Of a stretch of DNA of 64,000 bases, positions 44,101-56,300 are shown piece after piece (the stretch's first letter is position 1; every line of letters starts with the position of its first letter). The position numbers and the translations under genes were made by a program. This stretch comes from the human T2T-CHM13v2.0 reference genome, Homo sapiens. The stretch lies in the NCBI RefSeq assembly GCF_009914755.1, contig NC_060936.1. The stretch is one strand, 5' to 3'. The notes beneath the pieces were generated by a model. The model ran no database searches, was not told the DNA's origin, and was given only the letters and a program-made list of their open reading frames with translations.

Positions 44101-47100
44101 AAAGGAAAGTTCAACTCAATGAGTTGAATACACACAGCAGAAAGAAGTTACTGAGACTTCTCCTATCAAACATTATATGAAGAAATCCCGTTTCCAACGA
44201 AGGCCTCAAAGAGGTCCAAATATCTGCTTGCAGACTTTACAAAGACAGTGTCTCCAAACTCCTCCATCAAAAGAAAGGTTAAACTCCTTGAGTTGAACAC
44301 ACACATCACAAAGTAGTTTCTGTGAATGATTCTGTCTAGTTTTTATACGAAGATGTTTCCTTTTCTACCTTTGGTCTCAAAGCGATTGAAATCTCCACAT
44401 GGAAACTCCACAAAAAGAGTGTTTCAAATCTGCTCTTTCTGAAGGAAGGTTCAACTCTGTGAGTTGAATACACACACCACAAATAAGTTACTGAGAATTC
44501 TTCTGTGTAACATTATATGAGGAAATCCCGTTTCCAACGAAGGCCTCAAAGAGGTCCAAATATCCACTTGCAGACTTTAAAAAGACAGTGTCTCGAAACT
44601 CCTCCATCAAAAGAAAGGTTATACTCTGTGAATTGAACGCACACATCACAAAGTAGTTTCTGAGAATGATTCTGTCTAGTTTTTATACGAAGATATTTCC
44701 TTTTCTACATTTGGCCTCAAAGCGCTTGAAATCTCCACCTGCAAATATCACAAAAAGAGGGTTTCACATCTGCTCTGTCTAAAGGACAGTTCACTTTTGT
44801 GAGTTGAATAGAGGCAACACAAAGAACTTACTCAGTATTCTTCTTTCTAGCGTTCTATGAAGAAATCCCGTTTCCAACGAAGGCCACAAAGAGGTCCAAA
44901 TATCTGCTTGCAGACTTTACAGACAGAGTGTTTCCAAACTACTCTATGAAAAGAAAGCTTAAACTTCTTGAGTTGAACGCACACATCACAAAGTAGTTTC
45001 TGAGAATGATTCTGTCTAGTTTTTATACGAAGATGTTTCCTTTTCTACATTTGGTCCCAAAGCGATTGAAATCTCCAACTGGAAACTGCACAAATAGGGT
45101 GTTTCAAATCTGCTCTGTCTAAAGGAAGGTTCAACTCTTTGAGTTGAATACACACACCACAAATAAGTTACTGAGAATTCTTCTGTCGAACATTACTTGA
45201 AGAAATCCCGTTTCCAACGAAGGCCTCAAAGAGGTCCAATTATCGACTTGCAGACATTACAAACAGAGTGTTTCCAAACTGCTCCATCAAAAGAAAGGTT
45301 AAACTCTGTGAGCTGAACACACACATCAAAAAGAAGTTTCTGTGAATGATTCTGTCTAGATTTTATAAGAAGATGTTTCCTTTTCTACTGTAGGCCTCAA
45401 AGTGCTTGAAATCTCCAGCTGCAAATTCCACAAAAAGGGTGTTTAACATCTGCTCTTCTAAAGGAAAGTTCAACTCAATGAGTTGAATACACACAGCCCA
45501 AAGAAGTTACTGAGACTTCTCCTATCAAACATTATATGAAGAAATCCCGTTTCCAACGAAGGCCTCAAAGAGGTCCAAATATCTGCTTGCAGACTTTACA
45601 AAGACAGTTTCTCCAAACTCCTCCATCAAAAGAAAGGTTATACTCTGTGAATTGAACGCACACATCACAAAGTAGTTTCTGAGAATGATTCTGTCTAGTT
45701 TTTATACGAAGATATTTCCTTTTCTACATTTGGCCTAAAAGCGCTTGAAGTCTCCACCTGCAAATATCACAAAAAGAGGGTTTCACATCTGCTCTGTCTA
45801 AAGGACAGTTCACCTTTGTGAGTTGAATAGAGGCAACACAAAGAACTTACTCAGTATTCTTCTTTCTAGCGTTCTATGAAGAAATCCCGTTTCCAACGAA
45901 GGCCCCAAAGAGGTCCAAATATCTGCTTGCAGACTTTACAGACAGAGTGTTTCCAAACTACTCTATGAAAAGAAAGCTTAAACTCCTTGAGTTGAACGCA
46001 CACATCACAAAGTAGTTTCTGAGAATGATTCTGTCTAGTTTTTATACGAAGATGTTTCCTTTTCTACATTTGGTCTCAAAGCGATTGAAATCTCCAACTG
46101 GAAACTGCACAAATAGGGTGTTTCAAATCTGCTCTGTCTAAAGGAAGGTTCACCTCTGTGAGTTGAATACACACACCACAAATAAGTTACTGAGAATTCT
46201 TCTGTCGAACATTACTTGAAGAAATCCCGTTTCCAACGAAGGCCTCAAAGAGGTCCAAATATCCACTTGCAGACATTACAAACAGAGTGTTTCCAAACTG
46301 CTCCATCAAAAGAAAGGTTAAACTCTGTGAGCTGAACACACACATCAAAAAGAAGTTTCTGTGAATGATTCTGTCTAGATTTTATAAGAACATATTTCCT
46401 TTTCTACCGTAGGCCACAAAGCGCTTGAAATCTCCAGCTGCAAATTCCACAAAAAGGGTGTTTAACATCTGCTCTTCTAAAGGAAAGTTCAACTCTATGA
46501 GTTGAATACACACAGCACAAAGAAGTTACTGAGACTTCTCCTATCAAACATTATATGAAGAAATCCCGTTTCCAACGAAGGCCTCAAAGAGGTCCAAATA
46601 TCCACTTGCAGACATTACAAACAGAGTGTTTCCAAACTGTTCCATCAAAAGAAAGATTAAACTCTGTGAGCTGAACACACACATGAAAAAGAAGTTTCTG
46701 TGAATGATTCTGTCTAGATTTTATACGAAGATGTTTCCTTTTCTACCTTTGGTCTCAATGCGATTGAAATCTCCACATGGAAACTCCACAAAAAGTGTGT
46801 TTGAAATCTGCTCTTTCTGAAGGAAGGTTCAACTCTGTGAGTTGAATACACACACCACAAATAAGTTACTGAGAATTCTTCTGTGTAACATTATATGAGG
46901 AAATCCCGTTTCCAACGAAGGCCTCAAAGAGGTCCAAATATCCACTTGCAGACTTTACAAAGACAGTGTCTCCAAACTCCTCCATCAAAAGAAAGGTTAT
47001 ACTCTGTGAATTGAACGCACACATCACAAAGTAGTTTCTGAGAATGATTCTGTCTAGTTTTTATACGAAGATATTTCCTTTTCTACATTTGGCCCAAAAG

Positions 47101-49620
47101 CGCTTGAAATCTCCACCTGCAAATATCACAAAAAGAGGGTTTCACATCTGCTCTGTCTAAAGGACAGTTCACCTCTGTGAGTTGAATAGAGGCAACACAA
47201 AGAACTTACTCAGTATTCTTCTTTCTAGCGTTCTATGAAGAAATCCCGTTTCCAACGAAGGCCCCAAAGAGGTCCAAATATCTGCTTGCACACTTTACAG
47301 ACAGAGTGTTTCCAAACTACTCTATGAAAAGAAAGCTTAAACTCCTTGAGTTGAACGCACACATCACAAAGTAGTTTCTGAGAATGATTCTGTCCAGTTT
47401 TTATACGAAGATGTTTCCTTTTCTACATTTGGTCTCAAAGCGATTGAAATCTCCAACTGGAAACTGCACAAATAGGGTGTTTCAAATCTGCTCTGTCTAA
47501 AGGAAGGTTCAACTCTGTGAGTTGAATACACACACCACAAATAAGTTACTGAGAATTCTTGTGTCGAACATTACTTGAAGAAATCCCGTTTCCAACGAAG
47601 GCCTCAAAGAGGTCCAAATATTCACTTGCAGATATTACAAACAGAGTGTTTCCAAACTGCTCCATCAAAAGAAAGGTTAAACTCTGTGAGCTGAACACAC
47701 ACATCAAAAAGAAGTTTCTGTGAATGATTCTGTCTAGATTTTATAAGAAGATGTTTCCTTTTCTACCGTAGGACTCAAAGCGCTTGAAATCTCCAGCTGC
47801 AAATTCCACAAAAAGGGTGTTTAACATCTGCTCTTCTAAAGGAAAGTTCAACTCTATGAGTTGAATACACACAGCACAAAGAAGTTACTGAGACTTCTCC
47901 TATCAAACATTATATGAAGAAATCCCGTTTCCAACGAAGGCCTCAAAGAGGTCCAAATATCTGCTTGCAGACTTTAAAGACAGAGTTTTTCCAAACTGCT
48001 CCATCAAAAGAAAGGTTAAACTCCTTGAGTTGAACACACACATCACAAAGTAGTTTCTGTGAATGATTCTGTCTAGTTTCTATACGAAGATGTTTCCTTT
48101 TCTACCTTTGGTCTCAAAGCGATTGAAATCTCCACATGGAAACTCCACAAAAAGAGTGTTTCAAATCTGCTCTTTCTGAAGGAAGGTTCAACTCTGTGAG
48201 TTGAATACACACACCACAAATAAGTTACTGAGAATTCTTCTGTGTAACATTATATGAGGAAATCCCGTTTCCAACGAAGGCCTCAAAGAGGTCCAAATAT
48301 CCACTTGCAGACTTTACAAAGACAGTGTCTCCAAACTCCTCCATCAAAAGAAAGGTTATACTCTGTGAATTGAACGCACACATCACAAAGTAGTTTCTGA
48401 GAATGATTCTGTCTAGTTTTTATACGAAGATATTTCCTTTTCTACATTTGGCCTAAAAGCGCTTGAAATCTCCACCTGCAAATATCACAAAAAGAGGGTT
48501 TCACATCTGCTCTGTCTAAAGGACAGTTCACCTCTGTGAGTTGAGTAGAGGCAACACAAAGAACTTACTCAGTATTCTTCTTTCCAGCGTTCTATGAAGA
48601 AATCACGTTTCCAACGAAGGCCCCAATGAGGTCCAAATATCTGCTTGCAGACTTTACAGACAGAGTGTTTCCAAACTACTCTATGAAAAGAAAGCTTAAA
48701 CTTCTTGAGTTGAACGCACACATCACAAAGTAGTTTCTGAGAATGATTCTGTCTAGTTTTTATACGAAGATGTTTCCTTTTCTACATTTGGTCTCAAAGC
48801 GATTGAAATCTCCAACTGGAAACTGCACAAATAGGGTGTTTCAAATCTGCTCTGTCTAAAGGAAGGTTCAACTCTTTGAGTTGAATACACACACCACAAA
48901 TAAGTTACTGAGAATTCTTCTGTCGAACATTACTTGAAGAAATCCCGTTTCCAACGAAGGCCTCAAAGTGGTCCAAATATCCACTTGCAGACATTACAAA
49001 CAGAGTGTTTCCAAACTGCTCCATCAAAAGAAAGGTTAAACTCTGTGAGCTGAACACACACATCAAAAAGAAGTTTCTGTGAATGATTCTGTCTAGATTT
49101 TATAAGAAGATGTTTCCTTTTCTACCGTAGGCCTCAAAGTGCTTGAAATCTCCAGCTGCAAATTCCACAAAAAGGGTGTTTAACATCTGCTCTTCTAAAG
49201 GAAAGTTCAACTCAATGAGTTGAATACACACAGCCCAAAGAAGTTACTGAGACTTCTCCTATCAAACATTATATGAAGAAATCCCGTTTCCAACGAAGGC
49301 CTCAAAGAGGTCCAAATATCTGCTTGCAGACTTTACAAAGACAGTGTCTCCAAACTCCTCCATCAAAAGAAAGGTTATACTCTGTGAATTGAACGCACAC
49401 ATCACAAAGTAGTTTCTGAGAATGATTCTGTCTAGTTTTTATACGAAGATATTTCCTTTTCTACATTTGGCCTAAAAGCGCTTGAAGTCTCCACCTGCAA
49501 ATATCACAAAAAGAGGGTTTCACATCTGCTCTGTCTAAAGGACAGTTCACCTTTGTGAGTTGAATAGAGGCAACACAAAGAACTTACTCAGTATTCTTCT
49601 TTCTAGCGTTCTATGAAGAA
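26151..49620 (-). repeat. Second copy of a large intra-array block duplication (first copy ~1-21430)
   Basis: Ordered private variants are shared at offsets 26150, 28525, 30903, 29544 and 28188. The ORF track independently shows identical peptides at +28525 (1247/29772 and 1927/30452). Confidence 0.88.
27546..41807 (-). repeat. Six tandem 14-mer super-units
   Basis: A-dimer boxes at 27546, 29921, 32296, 34674, 37052 and 39430, next at 41808. Spacings are 2375, 2375, 2378, 2378, 2378 and 2378. Confidence 0.92.
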
Positions 49621-52600
49621 ATCCCGTTTCCAACGAAGGCCCCAAAGAGGTCCAAATATCTGCTTGCAGACTTTACAGACAGAGTGTTTCCAAACTACTC
49701 TATGAAAAGAAAGCTTAAACTCCTTGAGTTGAACGCACACATCACAAAGTAGTTTCTGAGAATGATTCTGTCTAGTTTTTATACGAAGATGTTTCCTTTC
49801 CTACATTTGGTCTCAAAGCGATTGAAATCTCCAACTGGAAACTGCACAAATAGGGTGTTTCAAATCTGCTCTGTCTAAAGGAAGGTTCAACTCTGTGAGT
49901 TGAATACACACACCACAAATAAGTTACTGAGAATTCTTCTGTCGAACATTACTTGAAGAAATCCCGTTTCCAACGAAGGCCTCAAAGAGGTGCAAATATC
50001 CACTTGCAGACATTACAAACAGAGTGTTTCCAAACTGCTCCATCAAAAGAAAGGTTAAACTCTGTGAGCTGAACACACACATCAAAAAGAAGTTTCTGTG
50101 AATGATTCTGTCAAGATTTTATAAGATGTTTCCATTTCTACCGTAGGACTCAAAGCGCTTGAAATCTCCAGCTGCAAATTCCACAAAAAGGGTGTTTAAC
50201 ATCTGCTCTTCTAAAGGAAAGTTCAACTCTATGAGTTGAATACACACAGCACAAAGAAGTTACTGAGACTTCTCCTATCAAACATTATATGAAGAAATCC
50301 CGTTTCCAACGAAGGCCTCAAAGAGGTCCAAATATCTGCTTGCAGACTTTAAAGACAGAGTTTTTCCAAACTGCTCCATCAAAAGAAAGGTTATACTCTG
50401 TGAATTGAACGCACACATCACAAAGTAGTTTCTGAGAATGATTCTGTCTAGTTTTTATACGAAGATATTTCCTTTTCTACATTTGGCCTAAAATCGCTTG
50501 AAGTCTCCACCTGCAAATATCACAAAAAGAGGGTTTCACATCTGCTCTGTCTAAAGGACAGTTCACCTTTGTGAGTTGAATAGAGGCAACACAAAGAACT
50601 TACTCAGTATTCTTCTTTCTAGCGTTCTATGAAGAAATCCCGTTTCCAACGAAGGCCCCAAAGAGGTCCAAATATCTGCTTGCAGACTTTACAGACAGAG
50701 TGTTTCCAAACTACTCTATGAAAAGAAAGCTTAAACTCCTTGAGTTGAACGCACACATCACAAAGTAGTTTCTGAGAATGATTCTGTCTAGTTTTTATAC
50801 GAAGATGTTTCCTTTTCTACATTTGGTCTCAAAGCGATTGAAATCTCCAACTGGAAACTGCACAAATAGGGTGTTTCAAATCTGCTCTCTCTAAAGGAAG
50901 GTTCAACTCTGTGAGTTGAATACACACACCACAAATAAGTTACTGAGAATCCTTCTGTCGAACATTACTTGAAGAAATCCCGTTTCCAACGAAGGCCTCA
51001 AAGAGGTCCAAATATCCACTTGCAGACATTACAAACAGAGTGTTTCCAAACTGCTCCATCAAAAGAAAGGTTAAACTCTGTGAGCTGAACACACACATCA
51101 AAAAGAAGTTTCTGTGAATGATTCTGTCTAGATTTTATAAGAACATATTTCCTTTTCTACCGTAGGCCACAAAGCGCTTGAAATCTCCAGCTGCAAATTC
51201 CACAAAAAGGGTGTTTAACATCTGCTCTTCTAAAGGAAAGTTCAACTCTATGAGTTGAATACACACAGCACAAAGAAGTTACTGAGACTTCTCCTATCAA
51301 ACATTATATGAAGAAATCCCGTTTCCAACGAAGGCCTCAAAGAGGTCCAAATATCCACTTGCAGACATTACAAACAGAGTGTTTCCAAACTGTTCCATCA
51401 AAAGAAAGATTAAACTCTGTGAGCTGAACACACACATGAAAAAGAAGTTTCTGTGAATGATTCTGTCTAGATTTTATACGAAGATGTTTCCTTTTCTACC
51501 TTTGGTCTCAATGCGATTGAAATCTCCACATGGAAACTCCACAAAAAGTGTGTTTGAAATCTGCTCTTTCTGAAGGAAGGTTCAACTCTGTGAGTTGAAT
51601 AAACACACCACAAATAAGTTACTGAGAATTCTTCTGTGTAACATTATATGAGGAAATCCCGTTTCCAACGAAGGCCTCAAAGAGGTCCAAATATCCACTT
51701 GCAGACTTTACAAAGACAGTGTCTCCAAACTCCTCCATCAAAAGAAAGGTTATACTCTGTGAATTGAACGCACACATCACAAAGTAGTTTCTGAGAATGA
51801 TTCTGTCTAGTTTTTATACGAAGATATTTCCTTTTCTACATTTGGCCTAAAAGCGCTTGAAATCTCCACCTGCAAATATCACAAAAAGAGGGTTTCACAT
51901 CTGCTCTGTCTAAAGGACAGTTCACCTCTGTGAGTTGAATAGAGGCAACACAAAGAACTTACTCAGTATTCTTCTTTCTAGCGTTCTATGAAGAAATCCC
52001 GTTTCCAACGAAGGCCCCAAAGAGGTCCAAATATCTGCTTGCACACTTTACAGACAGAGTGTTTCCAAACTACTCTATGAAAAGAAAGCTTAAACTCCTT
52101 GAGTTGAACGCACACATCACAAAGTAGTTTCTGAGAATGATTCTGTCCAGTTTTTATACGAAGATGTTTCCTTTTCTACATTTGGTCTCAAAGCGATTGA
52201 AATCTCCAACTGGAAACTGCACAAATACGGTGTTTCAAATCTGCTCTGTCTAAAGGAAGGTTCAACTCTGTGAGTTGAATACACACACCACAAATAAGTT
52301 ACTGAGAATTCTTCTGTCGAACATTACTTGAAGAAATCCCGTTTCCAACGAAGGCCTCAAAGACGTCCAAATATTCACTTGCAGATATTACAAACAGAGT
52401 GTTTCCAAACTGCTCCATCAAAAGAAAGGTTAAACTCTGTGAGCTGAACACACACATCAAAAAGAAGTTTCTGTGAATGATTCTGTCTAGATTTTATAAG
52501 AAGATGTTTCCTTTTCTACCGTAGGCCTCAAAGCGCTTGAAATCTCCAGCTGCAAATTCCACAAAAAGGGTGTTTAACATCTGCTCTTCTAAAGGAAAGT

Positions 52601-53380
52601 TCAACTCTATGCGTTGAATACACACAGCACAAAGAAGTTACTGAGACTTCTCCTATCAAACATTATATGAAGAAATCCCGTTTCCAACGAAGGCCTCAAA
52701 GAGGTCCAAATATCTGCTTGCAGACTTTACAGACAGAGTGTTTCCAAACTGCTCCATCAAAAGAAAGGTTAAACTCCTTGAGTTGAACACACACATCACA
52801 AAGTAGTTTCTGTGAATGATTCTGTCTAGTTTTTATACGAAGATGTTTCCTTTTCTACCTTTGGTCTCAATGCGATTGAAATCTCCACATGGAAACTCCA
52901 CAAAAAGAGTGTTTCAAATCTGCTCTTTCTGAAGGAAGGTTCAACTCTGTGAGTTGAATACACACACCACAAATAAGTTACTGAGAATTCTTCTGTGTAA
53001 CATTATATGAGGAAATCCCGTTTCCAACGAAGGCCTCAAAGAGGTCCAAATATCCACTTGCAGACTTTACAAAGACAGTGTCTCCAAACTCCTCCATCAA
53101 AAGAAAGGTTATACTCTGTGAATTGAACGCACACATCACAAAGTAGTTTCTGAGAATGATTCTGTCTAGTTTTTATACGAAGATATTTCCTTTTCTACAT
53201 TTGGCCTAAAAGCGCTTGAAGTCTCCACCTGCAAATATCACAAAAAGAGGGTTTCACATCTGCTCTGTCTAAAGGACAGTTCACCTTTGTGAGTTGAATA
53301 GAGGCAACACAAAGAACTTACTCAGTATTCTTCTTTCTAGCGTTCTATGAAGAAATCCCGTTTCCAACGAAGGCCCCAAA

Positions 53381-56300
53381 GAGGTCCAAATATCTGCTTG
53401 CAGACTTTACAGACAGAGTGTTTCCAAACTACTCTATGAAAAGAAAGCTTAAACTCCTTGAGTTGAACGCACACATCACAAAGTAGTTTCTGAGAATGAT
53501 TCTGTCTAGTTTTTATACGAAGATGTTTCCTTTTCTACATTTGGTCTCAAAGCGATTGAAATCTCCAACTGGAAACTGCACAAATAGGGTGTTTCAAATC
53601 TGCTCTGTCTAAAGGAAGGTTCAACTCTGTGAGTTGAATACACACACCACAAATAAGTTACTGAGAATTCTTCTGTCGAACATTACTTGAAGAAATCCCG
53701 TTTCCAACGAAGGCCTCAAAGAGGTCCAAATATCCACTTGCAGACATTACAAACAGAGTGTTTCCAAACTGCTCCATCAAAAGAAAGGTTAAACTCTGTG
53801 AGCTGAACACACACATCAAAAAGAAGTTTCTGTGAATGATTCTGTCTAGATTTTATAAGAAGATATTTCCTTTTCTACCGTAGGCCACAAAGCGCTTGAA
53901 ATCTCCAGCTGCAAATTCCACAAAAAGCGTGTTTAACATCTGCTCTTCTAAAGGAAAGTTCAACTCTATGCGTTGAATACACCCAGCACAAAGAAGTTAC
54001 TGAGACTTCTCCTATCAAACATTATATGAAGAAATCCCGTTTCCAACGAAGGCCTCAAAGAGGTCCAAATATCTGCTTGCAGACTTTAAAGACAGAGTTT
54101 TTCCAAACTGCTCCATCAAAAGAAAGGTTAAACTCCTTGAGTTGAACACACACATCACAAAGTAGTTTCTGTGAATGATTCTGTCTAGTTTTTATACGAA
54201 GATGTTTCCTTTTCTACCTTTGGTCTCAAAGCGATTGAAATCTCCACATGGAAACTCCACAAAAAGAGTGTTTCAAATCTGCTCTTTCTGAAGGAAGGTT
54301 CAACTCTGTGAGTTGAATACACACACCACAAATAAGTTACTGAGAATTCTTCTGTGTAACATTATATGAGGAAATCCCGTTTCCAACGAAGGCCCCAAAG
54401 AGGTCCAAATATCCACTTGCAGACTTTACAAAGACAGTGTCTCCAAACTCCTCCATCAAAAGAAAGGTTATACTCTGTGAATTGAACGCACACATCACAA
54501 AGTAGTTTCTGAGAATGATTCTGTCTAGTTTTTATACGAAGATATTTCCTTTTCTACATTTGGCCTAAAAGCGCTTGAAATCTCCACCTGCAAATATCAC
54601 AAAAAGAGGGTTTCACATCTGCTCTGTCTAAAGGACAGTTCACCTCTGTGAGTTGAGTAGAGGCAACACAAAGAACTTACTCAGTATTCTTCTTTCTAGC
54701 GTTCTATGAAGAAATCACGTTTCCAACGAAGGCCCCAATGAGGTCCAAATATCTGCTTGCAGACTTTACAGACAGAGTGTTTCCAAACTACTCTATGAAA
54801 AGAAAGCTTAAACTTCTTGAGTTGAACGCACACATCACAAAGTAGTTTCTGAGAATGATTCTGTCTAGTTTTTATACGAAGATGTTTCCTTTTCTACATT
54901 TGGTCTCAAAGCGATTGAAATCTCCAACTGGAAACTGCACAAATAGGGTGTTTCAAATCTGCTCTGTCTAAAGGAAGGTTCAACTCTTTGAGTTGAATAC
55001 ACACACCACAAATAAGTTACTGAGAATTCTTCTGTCGAACATTACTTGAAGAAATCCCGTTTCCAACGAAGGCCTCAAAGAGGTCCAAATATCCACTTGC
55101 AGACATTACAAACAGAGTGTTTCCAAACTGCTCCATCAAAAGAAAGGTTAAACTCTGTGAGCTGAACACACACATCAAAAAGAAGTTTCTGTGAATGATT
55201 CTGTCTAGATTTTATAAGAAGATGTTTCCTTTTCTACCGTAGGCCTCAAAGCGCTTGAAATCTCCAGCTGCAAATTCCACAAAAATGGTGTTTAACATCT
55301 GCCCTTCTAAAGGAAAGTTCAACTCTACGAGTTGAATACACACAGCACAAAGAAGTTACTGAGACTTCTCCTATCAAACATTATATGAAGAAATCCCGTT
55401 TCCAACGAAGGCCTCAAAGAGGTCCAAATATCTGCTTGCAGACTTTACAGACAGAGTGTTTCCAAACTGCTCCATCAAAAGAAAGGTTAAACTCCTTGAG
55501 TTGAACACACACATCACAAAGTAGTTTCTGTGAATGATTCTGTCTAGTTTTTATACGAAGATGTTTCCTTTTCTACCTTTGGTCTCAAAGCGATTGAAAT
55601 CTCCACATGGAAACTCCACAAAAAGAGTGTTTCAAATCTGCTCTTTCTGAAGGAAGGTTCAACTCTGTGAGTTGAATACACACACCACAAATAAGTTACT
55701 GAGAATTCTTCTGTGTAACATTATATGAGGAAATCCCGTTTCCAACGAAGGCCTCAAAGAGGTCCAAATATCCACTTGCAGACTTTACAAAGACAGTGTC
55801 TCCAAACTCCTCCATCAAAAGAAAGGTTATACTCTGTGAATTGAACGCACACATCACAAAGTAGTTTCTGAGAATGATTCTGTCTAGTTTTTATACGAAG
55901 ATATTTCCTTTTCTACATTTGGCCTAAAAGCGCTTGAAATCTCCACCTGCAAATATCACAAAAAGAGGGTTTCACATCTGCTCTGTCTAAAGGACAGTTC
56001 ACCTCTGTGAGTTGAATAGAGGCAACACAAAGAACTTACTCAGTATTCTTCTTTCTAGCATTCTATGAAGAAATCCCGTTTCCAACGTAGGCCCCAAAGA
56101 GGTCCAAATATCTGCTTGCAGACTTTACAAAGACAGTGTCTCCAAACTCCTCCATCAAAAGAAAGGTTATACTCTGTGAATTGAACGCACACATCACAAA
56201 GTAGTTTCTGAGAATGATTCTGTCTAGTTTTTATATGAAGATATTTCCTTTTCTACATTTGGCCTAAAAGCGCTTGAAATCTCCACCTGCAAATATCACA

